The position numbers were made by a program, and so were the translations under genes. Under the pieces are notes generated by a model. The model was not told where the DNA came from, did not search any database, and saw nothing but the letters and a program-made list of their open reading frames with translations. A stretch of DNA of 64,000 bases from Octopus vulgaris (Eukaryota). Shown here piece by piece: positions 24,994 to 38,439 of this stretch. Location: assembly GCA_951406725.2 (NCBI GenBank), contig OX597822.1, positions 16,058,001-16,122,000 on the forward strand. Direction: 5' to 3'. The stretch's first letter is position 1. Every line of letters starts with the position of its first letter.

Positions 24994-25879
24994 CACGTAC
25001 ATTTACATACGTATATGTATATATAGTATTTAAGGTGAGTAACTCGACATTATCAAAACTGACAACTGCGTATTGCATCATGAAAATTATTACGCAATGT
25101 TACAGAAGCTTTTCTTTTTATTTTGAGGTAGACATTTTCCGTCTCATGGTACTCTCAACTTTGTTGTAGCCCAACTTTCGCCAGTATCACACTCAGTTTT
25201 CCTGTTTGCATCACTGACTGACAAGTTCTGCACAGAAAATACTTCTGTGTTGTGTAACTCTCTCTGTCTTTCTCTCTCCATTCTCTCTATCACTCTCTGT
25301 CCCTTATCTCTATCTCTCTATCTCTTTCTTCCCATTTCCATTCGTTCTCAACTACTCATTCATACTGATGTCACGTGTACATCACTGACATAACTATTCC
25401 ACGAAGAATGACATTGAGAATGTTCAATTTGAACGAGTTAAGCTAGTTTCTTTGAAATTGGAAACAGATTCAGCCATCACACAAGAAAACATACTTGTAC
25501 GACACATTCAACAGTTACAAGTAGAAGCTTACAATTCATCACAAAATTTGATGCTTTCTAATGGTGATACCGAATGCATCATATTGTGAAAACTGCCTTT
25601 CTAGATATAAAATATTTCTTTAAGACGACAAAATTAATCCAACCTTGAAGATTTGCTAAACCTGTAATAAACGAACGTGGTGACTATTCATATATTGTAG
25701 AACATCCAACCGTCATCCTGATATAATCCTAACGGAATAATGATGAATCTGTTTAGCAGTGTGTTTAATATACACAAAGCTTCAAACTCATATTCTTTAG
25801 AATATAGAAATATATATATTGCAGAATATAGAAATTCCGAGACGAAATTATATAATTTTGCTTTTAAAATTTTGTTGAA

Positions 25880-26053
25880 GGGGGTAATTCGATTACATTA
25901 AATCCAGTACACAAGTGGTACTTATTTAATCGACACCGCATGTATGAGGAACAAAAATCGACCTCGGTGAAATTTGAACTCAGACCGTAAAGCTGGATGA
26001 AATAACGCTAAGAGTTATGTCCGGCGCAGGAACGACTCTACCAGCTTGCCGCC
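25880..26053 (-). mobile_element. SINE family A, diverged
   Basis: Homology to the family A consensus. Confidence 0.85.
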
Positions 26054-26073
26054 ATATTGAATTACATAATATT

Positions 26074-26576
26074 CTTTTCTACTCAAGGCACATGGCCCAA
26101 CATTTTGGGGAGGGAGCCAGTCGATTATATCGACCTCAGTAGGCAACAAGTACTTAATTTATCAACCTCCGAAAGGATGAAAAGCAAATTCAAACTCGGC
26201 GGGATGTGAACACAGAACGTAATGATAGTCGAAATACCTATTTCTTTACTACCCACAAGGGGCTAAACACAGAGAGGACAAATAAGGACATACAAACGGA
26301 TTAAGTCGATAATATCGACTCCAGTGCCTAACTGGTACTTAATTTATCGACCCCGATAGGATGAAATGCAAAGTCGACCTCGGCGGAATTTGAACTCAGA
26401 ACGTAACGAAATGTTTCGAAAACTATAAGACAAACGAAACAATGATAGAGGAGATTAAGGAAAGAACCGAAGTAAATTGGAGAAACAAAGCATGAGACAA
26501 AATTGCTGAAAGAACGTAACGAAATATGGCTACGCATTTCGTCCGGCGTGCTAAAGATTCTGCCGGCACGTCGCCT
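26074..26576 (-). mobile_element. SINE family A dimer (head-core-tail1 plus core-tail2) with an internal 100-bp insertion
   Basis: 17-bp TSD TTGAATTACATAATATT at 26057-26073 and 26577-26593. Confidence 0.9.
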
Positions 26577-27249
26577 TTGAATTACATAATATTGTAAGAT
26601 TATTCTAATGAATTATTTTACTGAAATCCAAGGTTTATTGAAGTGCTATAAATTACACTAAGCAACGTTTTATTATTAGCTTCGGTATGGCTTTAAAACC
26701 TTTTGCATCGCTACTTTATGCAGATGTGAAATTAAATAAGAAATATCAATATTCTTGACGTGTTCTGTCACATTTCTGGTCCCATTGGGAAGGGTTACGG
26801 AATATCATTCAGTAAAAGCCGAGTAAAGCTTTAATCATGTATTGATAAAGTGACAATATGAATTCAGAGAGCCAAGTCAAATAGTGTACGACAGAGATTT
26901 TCCTGAAGTTACCGGCAACAAAGATGCCATGAATGAAATCTATTCTTAGAAGATTGAAGGCAGATTCTCAGAAACAGGTGACGCTGATGAGTGACGTAAT
27001 TTCTTGTAATGGCTTTCGGTACACTCCAATAAACCGTTAATTTTTGTAGCACCTGAGGAGTGTCATCGCGTGAGAAACTCTGAGGAGTTAGGAAATGAAT
27101 CATTAATTCATAGAAATAGGAGCAATCTACAAAATGTCTCCTGCTATGAAAAGATACATGCTCATACATGCTCATACGTATATACACACACACAAACACA
27201 TATATATTTACACGCACACACACTTATATATGTGTGCATGTGTATATAC

Positions 27250-27386
<137 letters not shown>

Positions 27387-27662
27387 TCACAAATATGTAT
27401 GTGCATATTCTTTTACATGTACATAAATATATAAGTATTCTTATTATATGCGTGTATGTGTATGTGCATGTATGTGTGTGTGGAATATGCGCAGTGTAGC
27501 TTTGGAAATCCATAGCTCAAAAGAGAACTCAATATACAATTATGTAGAGTGTGTATTTTATATAATAACGAATTACACATATGTACAAATATATACTTAA
27601 ACAAACACACACAATTGTGCATATGTATATATGTATGTATGTATATATATATATATACAGAG

Positions 27663-27720
<58 letters not shown>

Positions 27721-28896
27721 ATGCACATTTTCATAGATTTATCAATATATTAGTAACATATGGAGCATCGGCACAAACAGATCTCCTGAGCGAACGAATA
27801 TGAACAATAGACTTCACAGATATGTACAAATATTGCATTAGGAAAGAAGTAATCATTAAAGAAGAAATATCTGGCTACTTACCAAGTTTAGGAACTATGA
27901 ATACCCAGAGAATGTCGAAGACCTACAGGAGGTTTGAAACGAATAATTAAATGTCTTGGAACTTAGATTGGTTTATGATAACATATATCTCTTGTGAAAA
28001 GAGAGAACCAATTACTGAAGAATTTATTATCGTATTCTCGAAAGATTTCGACATAAAAAGAATACAGGCAAACTGTAAGCCATATAATTCGGCGACGTGG
28101 GATTTATTTATTTAAGACTTTCTGATATATTGATCGAAAGAATGGGTTCAATTTCTACCTAACAGCATTAAAGTATACATTTCCCAAAATACCATGGCAT
28201 CGATACTTCGTTAATCGGTGAAAGAAAGCTTACAATTTCTTCCCTTCTTTCGCTTTCCATTTTGAATCTATAAATTTTAGAGAAGGATCTCGTCAGTCGA
28301 AATATTTTCCCATGTTTCGAAAGGTTTTTTGCCCCGAGTATATTTCCTCGCACAGATCAATATTTCTCAATGCATACCAAACTCGTTCGTATATACCACT
28401 CTGTGTAACAGTGCATGTGTGCTTTGATGAACGTGCATGCATGCCTCACTTGTAAAGCTTTCAATTAATGTGTGTGCATGCGCGTTTATATATTGATATA
28501 ATAATTTGGCGAAGTGTACACACAAAAAACTATGTACAAACTGATATTTATGTAGTAGTATACAAACACATGCACACACATATATACACAACGATACATA
28601 CACACATACATGCATAAATAATTCATTGTATGTATATCTATATTTGTTTCCTTAATTATCTGTATACATATATAGATATATCTGTCGCTCTCATACTCTC
28701 TATCTTTCTCTTTCTCTCTATGTATGTATCTATCTCGATGTCTCATTTATATATACAGAATATATATTGAGTGCTCCATTGTATAAAGATATTAATACTA
28801 TTAAAGTGTTTATATATTTAATACGAGCGATATATACATATATTTTTTAATAATATATTATTATTATTAATATCAGCGGGAGTGATATTAATATCA

Positions 28897-29066
28897 GCGC
28901 AGGAGTGGCTGTGTGGTAAGTAGCTTACTTACCAACCACATGGTTCCGGGTTCAGTCCCATTGCGTGGCATCTTGGGCAAGTGTCTTCTGCTATAGCCTC
29001 GGACCGACCAATACCTTGTGAGTGGATTTGGTAGACGGAAAGTGAAAGAAGCATGTCGTATATATG

Positions 29067-29097
<31 letters not shown>

Positions 29098-29316
29098 ATG
29101 TTTGTGTGTCTGTGTTTGTCTCCCTAGCATTGCTTGACAACCGATGCTGGTGTGTTTACGTCCCCGTCACTTAACTGTTCGGCAAAGAGACCGATAGAAT
29201 AAGTACTGGTCTTACAAAGAATAAGTCCCAGGGTCGAGTTGCTCGATTAAAGGTGGTGCTCCAGCATGGCCACAGTCAAATGACTGAAACAAGTAAATGA
29301 GTAAAAGAGTAAAAGA
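28897..29316 (+). mobile_element. SINE family B, full length, inserted into the left end of the long inverted repeat
   Basis: High identity to 17737-18163; TTATTATTAATATCAG at 28861 is the inverted counterpart of 29998-30013. Confidence 0.95.
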
Positions 29317-29317
29317 T

Positions 29318-30013
29318 TATCAGGAAATTAATATCCAAACTCATCATAAAGATATACCCGTGTGAAAGAACTTATTGCATTAAAAATATATATAAATACA
29401 AAAATATATATATAATATATAAAATACATTTGATAGTTTAAAAGTTTTGAATTAATTATTTAAGCATTTTACGATCGTTTTGCAGAAGAGTTGTCCCTAT
29501 AATGAAATCCTATATTGATAAGCATTTAGAGACAATCCTACTGCTTTTCAGAGATATAAAATATAAATATTGTATAATATATCGAATGATAGTTTTTTTT
29601 TAGATTTGAAGTAAAATTGTAAAACGGTGTTTAAAGACTCTCATCAATAGTAGTAATTCTTAATTTTTATTTTACATTTCAAACAAACACCATTTTAAAA
29701 TTTTACTTCAATTTAAAAACAAAACTATCTTTCGATGTATTATACAATATTCATATTTTATATCTCTGAAGAGGAGAAAGGTTGTCTATAAATGCTTATC
29801 AATATAGGATTTCATTGTAGGGACAAGTCTTCTGCGAAACGATCGTAAGATGCTTAAAAAGTTCATTCAAATCTTTTAAACTATCAAATTTATTTTATAC
29901 ATTATATTTATAATTTTATATTTATTTATATATATTTTTAATACAATAAGTTCTTTCACACGGGTATATCTTTATGATGAGTTTGGATATTAATTTCCTG
30001 ATATTAATAATAA
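29318..30013. mobile_element. Long inverted repeat (arms about 315-330 bp, spacer about 52 bp), Penelope-like remnant
   Basis: 29318-29632 is the reverse complement of 29685-30003 with scattered mismatches; each arm carries a hammerhead motif. Confidence 0.85.
29761..29852 (+). ncRNA. Type I hammerhead ribozyme with long stem II insertion
   Basis: TATCT-CTGAAGA-GGAGAAAGGTTGTC...GACAAGTCTTCTGC-GAAA-CGATCG-TA-AGATG; stem III is the palindrome ACGATCGT. Confidence 0.7.
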
Positions 30014-30054
30014 CGATATATTATTAAAAAATATATGTACATATATATGTGTGT

Positions 30055-30108
<54 letters not shown>

Positions 30109-30910
30109 ATGTATGTATGTACGTATGTATATAAATATGTAGGTCAAAATAAGTTCCCCTCATACATATGATCACACATTTATGGTACTAATACTTGTTC
30201 CGGTATTAATGGATGTTATGACTGATCTGAACGAGTGTTTCTTAGGAAAGTGCAAATCTTTGTTTTGTCAACACATAACTATAAATATTGATTATTGAAA
30301 ATAAAATCAGTTCGTTGGTGACTCGATCATCAAAAGCAAGATGACGACAATAAGACTTGATTTCCACCCATAAATGTTGTTCCATTTCTTAAAATCTATA
30401 TCTGAAAATTTAATGCATTTTTATTTCATGTATATGTATGCATGCGTGGTTATACATTCGCAATGCCTACAAACAAATGTCTATCTTATTAACTACATAC
30501 ATACATACTCACACACGTACACACGTACATACATGCAGACACACATACCCCTATATATGTTTGTGTGTATATATATATATATATATATACACACAGAAGG
30601 AAGTGACAAGAAAGTGACTTGGGAATAAGAAATTACGTCATGGAACTCCATTTGTAATGCTTGTCTCTGTGTATAAGACTGTAATTCATTTTTGTTGTTC
30701 CGATGAGGCTACGGAGTGATCCGCAGGCAACTGTGGGTGCATTGCATTTTTTAGCAGAAACAGCGGTAGGCTAATGAACGTCATGCCATAATTACTTATT
30801 CTCCTGATATTTTTTTCTTATCACTGCTCTGTCCTCCACTACAGCTTTGTTTCAAGCATATATATATTGAGTTCTACTATCAGGTTAATAGTATGGCTTT
30901 GCTTAAGCGA

Positions 30911-30911
<1 letters not shown>

Positions 30912-30980
<69 letters not shown>
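30912..30980. repeat. (AAT)n microsatellite
   Basis: Directly visible. Confidence 0.95.
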
Positions 30981-31063
30981 TTCTGCTCAATACTATAGAT
31001 TTGCTTGTCAGTTGTTTAACCTTATCCAGTTGACCATGTTGCCTAGTGGCGGACGATATGTGC

Positions 31064-31882
31064 TAAACCAATAAGCTACAAAGGATAAACAGCTGGAAAC
31101 ACTACTACAGACAGTACATGGATTTACCAAAGAAATAGATATGAAATTTGGATTAGAAAAATGTGCCAGACCAACCCTGGAAAGAGGAAAACTAGTTAAG
31201 AGTAGCAACATCACACTAGATAAAGCCAATGGATTAAGAGAATTAGATCAAAGATAGACATACAAATATTTATGAATCAATGAACTAGATATGATACAAC
31301 ACACAAACAAATGAAAGAGAAAATAAAGAAAGAATATTATAGACGAGTTAGATCAGTACTGAAAACAGAGCTCAAAGCTAAAACAAAATAATAGCTATCA
31401 ACACTTTAGCCGTCCCAGTTATAAGTTACAGCTACAATATCCTTAACTGGACACTAAATGAACTGACGAAAAGAGAGAGGAAGACAAGAAAAATAATGAC
31501 AGGATCTAGGATGCATCACCCAAAATCTGACATAGAAAGGCTATATATACAATGTATAGAAGGTGGTAGAGGCCTTATACAGCTAGAAAACTATTAGAAA
31601 ATAACCACCATAGGACTGCAAAAATATCTACTTCAGAAGCAAGGAAAACTAATACAAACAGCCACAAAACACGACCAAAACAAAAAACTGTTTTCAGTAT
31701 TTAAGTAAGCTGGTAAATACAAACAAGAAGTCATACTACCTAACAAATATGAAGAAGAAGAAGAAACAACGAAAGCTATGAAACAAATGATATCCAAACT
31801 AAAACTAGAACAGCAACGGACCATGATAAAACGATGGCAAGAAAAGACCCTTCATGGCAAATACTTGGCTAATCTAAATGCA

Positions 31883-31927
<45 letters not shown>

Positions 31928-32462
31928 CCAGCTATGTTTGAGAAGTTCGGGACTCAAAACAGAGACTAAAGGATTTTTAATTGCAGCAAAAGACCAAAGC
32001 CTCCCCACCAGAAATCAAACTGACAGAAAAATAGATGCGAACAGGCCGGACATCATAGTGAAAGACTTCACACAAAAATCATGCCTCCTCATTGATATGA
32101 CTGTCTTAATCGATATAAATGTGTCTGTCAAGACCTACAAGAATGTCGAAATGACAGCAAAAGGGACTGATTGCTACCTAGCACAGATACCAGGAAGCTC
32201 CAAAATGGCAGAAACTAAAAAGATAGTGCTCGTGCGAACTGCCCATATCATACGTAAAATACTGTCTATGTAATCTCACATTTTAAAACAAACACATAAT
32301 TTTCTTGCTTTCTTAAACATTCTCTCGAACGATACTTTGTGCAAAACCAAATATATGACACCCTAGGCATAACACCAACATGAACTTCAAATTTCTTATC
32401 TCTTGAGGTTTCTAGGGGAGACCTGGAGTCAACTTGTACAAATAAAAAGCAAAATTCAAACA
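31064..32462 (+). mobile_element. R4/Dong-clade (restriction-like endonuclease) non-LTR retrotransposon, 5'-truncated and internally deleted
   Basis: FTKEIDMKFGLEKCA, YKYL, AINTLAVPVISYS, MHHPKSDIERLY..GGRGL, WQEKTLHGKY, GLKTETKGFLIAAKDQSLPTRN, RPDIIVKD..CLLID; (AAT)n on both sides, the known Dong target. Confidence 0.9.

Positions 32463-32551
<89 letters not shown>
32463..32551. repeat. (AAT)n microsatellite
   Basis: Directly visible. Confidence 0.95.
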
Positions 32552-32552
<1 letters not shown>

Positions 32553-33035
32553 TTTGCCACAAGACCACCAATTTCGTGGAAAGGTACAAGACGATCATAT
32601 CGACCCCAGTGTTCCACTGGTATTTATTTTAGCGATCTCAAAAGCATGAAAGGCAAAGTTTCCCTCCGCGGAATTTGAACTGGATCTGAATGGGAAGACG
32701 AACGAAATGCAGCTAAGCATTCCCATGGCGCGGTAACGCTTCTGCCAGCCCACCGCATCAATAATAACAATAATAATAACAATAATAATAGTAATACTAC
32801 TACTACTGCTGACGCTATTACTACTACTACCACTACTACTACTACTACTACTACAGCTAATAATAATAATCCTTTCTATTATAGGCATAAAGACTGAAAT
32901 TTTGGGGAATAGGGGAAAATCACATCGATCCCAGTACATGATTGGCACTTGATTTATCGACCACGAAAGGATGAAAGACAAAGTCGACCTCGGCGGAATT
33001 TGAACTCAGAACGTAGCGGTAGACGAAATGCTGCT
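32552..33035 (-). mobile_element. Two SINE family A copies (tail type 2) separated by AAT/ACT repeats
   Basis: 32552-32757 and 32870-33035 match family A. Confidence 0.8.
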
Positions 33036-33042
33036 GGTGACC

Positions 33043-33590
33043 TGATGCAGTACTAGGCACTGACTCTCATGGCATTTGTTCTTAACTGATTAGAAGTGTT
33101 ATCATGTACACGTTTTGTCTTAGAGTAAACCATGGGACACAACAAATATTCTGCTCAATACCACAGATTTGCCTGTCACTTGTTTCACTTGAACCAGCTG
33201 AGCAGATCACTTAATGGCTGATGATATGTGCATCTCTGATCACGCACAGAAGTAGTGGGAGAGCATCATAACCATGTGTCGAGAGGAATTCTTTGAGGTT
33301 CGAGTAATTCACCTCTGTAAACGTTGGTGTTTTTTTACATCATATTTAAACATTTCTTATCTAGCAACCGTTTGAGTGGGATAGGCTACTCGACCTGAAG
33401 GAAATTCTAACTGGGCCCCACCTGCAAGGTCTTGCAGTATTTATCTTGATATGAGGTGACCATGTTGCGCACATATGGTTGTGAAGCATGTACCTGGTTT
33501 ACCCAAATCAGACGGGTAGTCATGATGGGTCTATTGAGCTTCATATATTTTTACTCTGGCATACGCTGCTTTCTCACTCAATAGCATTAA
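33043..33590 (-). mobile_element. Non-coding repeat, probably Dong-associated (5'UTR-like or non-autonomous derivative)
   Basis: 33146-33232 is homologous to 30978-31063, which abuts the Dong RT. Confidence 0.5.
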
Positions 33591-33719
33591 TGATGATGAT
33601 GATGCGTGTGTGTGTGTGGTAATCGAGTGCTATTTTGTCGAGCGCGTTTTGTATTTCTTCGGTCATGTGTCTACTTATGCGTGTGTGCACATGCATGCAT
33701 ACATGCATTTCTTAACTTT

Positions 33720-34108
33720 ATCATTTAACTGTTCCAGCAAGGAGCTGCGGCTTTGCTGGGACACCTCGAAGGGTTTAAGCAAACGAACAGAACCCGGAAC
33801 TTAACGTTTTTAACTCTCGCTTTTATTCTATCGTTGTCTTCAGCCGAATCACTGGCTTAGGTAACGAAAACAAAGCAACACCAGTTGTCAAGCGGCTGTA
33901 AGAAATTAACACGAATACATACACACATACACACACATATGTATAGACATATACGATGAGCTACTCTCAGTTTCCGTCTACCGGATCTGCTCTCTAGGTT
34001 TTGTCCAACCAGTGGGTGTTGGAGAAGACACTTGCCTAAGGTACCATGCAGTGGGACGGAGCCCAGAACCACGTGTTTGGGGAATATACAGCTTATCACC
34101 CAGCCATG
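33720..34108 (-). mobile_element. SINE family B, diverged
   Basis: GAAGACACTTGCCTAAGG...CAGTGGGAC...GAACCAC block and internal CA/TA tract. Confidence 0.8.
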
Positions 34109-34877
34109 TCTCTACCTATATATGTGTGTTGGGTATATGTCTGTGTGTGTGCCCGTGTGTGTGTGTTTGCATTTGCATTTGTCTGTGTGCGTGTGTGTGT
34201 GATTGTGTGTGCGTATGTGTGTTTGTAGGTTCGTATTACATTTAGTGCTGCCTGCCTTCTTCTGTAAAAGACTCGTCAATGTCTGTGAACGACTAACGAA
34301 GCTTCATCAGTTGTGGGTGCCTTGCTGATTGTTGTTCTCAGCGTGTAGTTCTAACAAAGGACACATTCGCGCAGCCAACCGAGAGCATCACGCATGCTGC
34401 TACTTATGTAACAACGACGCTCATGTACGCATACGAGCGACGTACCACACAACGGAAAGAAAATATTTTTTCTGTGATACATTGATGACTGCCTTGACAA
34501 TGAGAACAACGACAGGCTCTGATGTTGAGATTATATTCTCTCTTTGCCGAGGGACAGAGTTGCAAAATGCCACTTCATAGAAGCGTTAAGGTGCGTATTT
34601 TTCTCTATTTTGAGGTAGATAGACCCAATCGCATGAAGACCCAAACCAACTCTCGTTTCCATTTATTAAAAAGTTATCCGAATATTATGGAAGCTACCTT
34701 TAAAGCTGAAAATCTTTTTCTCAGTAGACAACATAGGCCAAGATTTATTTTCCTGGAGTCTTCCATAAGATAGCAGTTCAGTATTTGCGTAAGTCCTAGA
34801 GTAATCTTTCAGTGTAGGCAAGCACTTCACTGCCACACCGAGATACGTGTTGCCTCAAGAAGAACCAACAGGAGCCT

Positions 34878-34909
<32 letters not shown>

Positions 34910-34995
34910 TGTTGTGTCCTGGCACGGAGCGCTCAGGACAGACTGCTTCTCCCTTCCCATGGACTAAGCAACGGTCAGCAAAAAGGTCACGATAT

Positions 34996-35035
<40 letters not shown>

Positions 35036-36575
35036 CTATGCTTCTGTGTTTGTGTTTGAATGTAAGTACGCAAAGACAAGGGGAGAGGAAGAATATATTA
35101 TTGCCTGTAAACTTTCACAACGTATCTTACAATTAGTCATCAATTTCTATGTCTAATGAAAAATTATATTACTGTTAAAGTGATCTATTTGCTAAAGCAA
35201 ATTCATTCTGTATTATAAAGCTCTTAAAATCGATATAGCTTGTATTTGAAATTGCTTAGCAACTGAATCACATTTCAGTGATATCATTCTCACTATACTA
35301 TTTCCCATTACGTCTCCTGTCTAAAAATATTTACTTACCACGCACGCGTAGTTGATACCTACTAGTTATACGTTCTTTCTCATACAGAAATGTATGTAAA
35401 CATTCATACATACATGCATGTTAATACGCATGAGTGTATTCCCAGCACATTAATGTTTTTTTTTTCTTTTTTTAATATATACACAAAGTCAACAGTTTTT
35501 AAGAAAGGGCTTAGTTGATGACATCAAAATCTTTCGATGACTGGGACTTCATTCCACTCTTTTAGACCTTGGCCCCCTGTGTCTAACTTTATCTTCCACC
35601 CAAACTCCTGAGCAACATAATAAATAGTTGCACATACAACTCAGGAGCTGGAAAACTAATGGACAGAAGCACAACAACAACAAAAAAAGAATAACAATAA
35701 TAGACCTTCCCCTCAACTGCCCTATCTGTGCAATGCAGGCAAACTAATGAACAGAATCACACAAAAGAAAAAAAATCAGGAGTAAAACAATATTAGGCCT
35801 TTTTCTCAACTAGCTTACTTGCTCGCCTAGATCGTTTCTTTCCTCATCTCTTTCACCAGTTTCATTGGCTGAATCGTTCCCATTGACTGTATCAGTGTAA
35901 AATCTTCGTCCCAAGAATAAATATTATTTCCTGAACTGCCAAGAGTCTAAGCCTTGTTCGTTTATGAGATGTGGTGTTGGGTTCATCAGAAGCACGTTTT
36001 ATCGTAATATCGTTTTTTTTTTAATTAAAATCAAAAGTAAACAACAGCGATGGGGGAACAGCATTACCAATGAGTCATAAAAACACTTGACTACAAAGCT
36101 GCAACCTGATCAGTTGGCTAACCTCAGCATTTTAGCTTCTTTTACTATGTGTGTTGTTCAGTAACCCTTTTACCGGGAATCTGGTAGAGATTTCATTTAC
36201 GCTATTCCCAGTATAGCAGTAACACTGCGCCGTGGGGTTAAACTATCCTGATCGATTATAAGTCAAAGAAAAAACCGGCAATTCGAGCACATTAAAACAT
36301 CTGTTTCTAATAAATGCCTGAATGGACAAAATCGCTAAAACCACAGACAAAATGATTTACGCGTTTTAATGAGGGACCTTTACGCACTGAGTTCAAACCC
36401 AGCTGTAGTTGAAGTTGAATTTCTGTCTTATGAAGTAAATAAAAAAAAAACTATATTATATCAAATACGCAGCCGGAGCTTCAGTGGCTGTTGTACTTTC
36501 CCAAATCTTAATGCTTGGTGCCTATGTTAAAAGCCAAAGTTTCTTTCTGCTAGAGCGGCACACAAAATACATAGA

Positions 36576-37150
36576 GGCGGCGAGCTGGCCGAATAGTTAG
36601 CGCGCCGGGCGAAATGCTGACGGTATTTTGTCTGCCGCTACGTTCTGAGTTCAAATTCCGCCGAGGTTGACTTTGCCTTTCATTCTTTGGGGGTCGATTG
36701 AATAAGTACCAGTTACACACTGGGATCGATATAATCGACTTAATCCGATTGTCTGTCCTTGTTTGTCCTCTCTGTGTTTAGCCCCTTGTGGGTAGTAAAG
36801 AAATAGGTATTTTGTCTGCCGTTACGTTCTGGGTCAAATTCCACCGAGGTTGACTTTGTCTTTCATCCTTTCGGGGTCGATAAATTAAGTACCAATAACG
36901 CACTGGGGTAATCGACTTAATCCGTTTCTCTGTCCTTGTTTGTCCCCTCTATTTTAGAGTCCCCTGCGGGCAATAAAGAAATGATATTTAGTTACGACGT
37001 TTTACATTACGAGTTCACATCCTGCCAATGAAGAACACCCATTTCATTTGTCTGAGGTCGATAAAATAATGTAATATACGAGAAAGTAATCGACTGAATC
37101 AGCTATATCCAATCTCCAATTGCTTGGTTTTGTGCCAATATTACAAATCA
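36576..37150 (+). mobile_element. SINE family A trimer (two young tail-1 units plus an old degenerate tail-2 unit)
   Basis: Junction AAAGAAATAG|GTATTTTGTCTGCC at about 36800. Confidence 0.88.
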
Positions 37151-37539
37151 ATATTTATGTATAATAATCTAATTACCTTTCATTGTGATTCATTTTATAA
37201 GCTGACAGCACGCATACGTCAAATATTAGCAACAAGTATAATTTTGAACGGAAACCTCAAACGCTTCTGTAGCACGTTTACAGTATTTGTCAATGTGAAC
37301 AACTACAACTCAGTGAGAAAAGTGGGTGTCATAAGTGTAAACATTTTATGAAAATAAATTACAGATATGCGTCCTGTTTCTGAATGAGCTGTCGCCGCTT
37401 TATTAGTGTAAACATTATAAATAGATGATATATATTTTAGATTATTTCTTTGCCAGTCTCAAAGGGAGATGTTAAGAAGGAAGTAGAAACTAATGTTTTC
37501 AATCTTAGTGGCATAAAGCACTTGAAATAATAGCTTCAA

Positions 37540-37727
37540 ATTTTGGTTCGGGGCACTTTGTCGATTACATCGATCTTAGTGCTCAACTATTACTTATTAT
37601 AGTAACCCCGAGAGGACGAATGGTAAAGCCGGCCACGGCGGAATTTAAAGTCAGGACGTAAAAACGAACAAAATGCCACTAAGTATTTTGCCTTGCGTGG
37701 TAAAGATTCTGCCAGCTCGTCTCCTTA
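37540..37727 (-). mobile_element. SINE family A, diverged
   Basis: Homology to the family A consensus. Confidence 0.75.
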
Positions 37728-37836
37728 TTTCACGTTTATAATATTAAAAGCAGTGTTTCCATATATACTAATTTGTATGGTATATGCACAAATATTTCAA
37801 GAATATAGCAGAGACAAATAATATCGAATACCTTAA

Positions 37837-37978
37837 GGCGGCGAGCTGTCAGAAACGTTACACGCCGGGCGAAATGCTTAGTGGTATTTCGTCTGCCGTT
37901 ACGTTCTGAGTTCAAATTCCGCCAAAGTCGACTTTGCCAGAGTAGAAAAGAATATAAAGGTACCCAGAGTAGAAAAGA
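37837..37978 (+). mobile_element. SINE family A, internally deleted, with TSD
   Basis: TSD AATATCGAATACCTTA on both sides. Confidence 0.85.
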
Positions 37979-38195
37979 ATATCGAATACCTTAAATAAAT
38001 ACCTTCCTGATCAGTGCACACTGTATTACGTTTTGTACCTTCTGCTAACATTGTAAGTCTGGCAAAATCACACGTAACCAAATCTAAAATGGGCACCATC
38101 TTACCACCAATTTAAATGCGAAGAATTTGAAAATTGTGATATCTAAAACATAAAAAAAAATATTCTATATAAAATCCTGTAATGGATAAGTATAT

Positions 38196-38238
<43 letters not shown>

Positions 38239-38241
<3 letters not shown>

Positions 38242-38439
38242 AGAAAAAAGCAACAAAAATGGATAAGTTTTTCAGTACAATTGTTTCATACGAAGACCAG
38301 CTTTATTAAAGGCTGCAAATATTGCAGCAAATACAACTCACTTGTATTTGCTGCAATATTTGCAGCCTTTAATAAAGCTGGTCTTCGTATGAAACAATTG
38401 TACTGAAAAACTTATCCATTTTTGTTGCTTTTCTCTTGT
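38239..38439. repeat. Near-perfect palindrome (98-bp arms, 5-nt loop CTCAC)
   Basis: 38239-38336 vs 38342-38439, one mismatch seen; each arm carries GAAA-CAATTG-TA-CTG, the 3' half of a hammerhead. Confidence 0.92.

Noticed and set aside
27048-27095. CTGAGGA...GAAA-CTC tgag GAG-TT hammerhead-like match
   Set aside because: Stem I is absent and stem II is offset; may be chance
35650-35825. Diverged 90-bp tandem duplication
   Set aside because: Ordinary local duplication with no further structure seen
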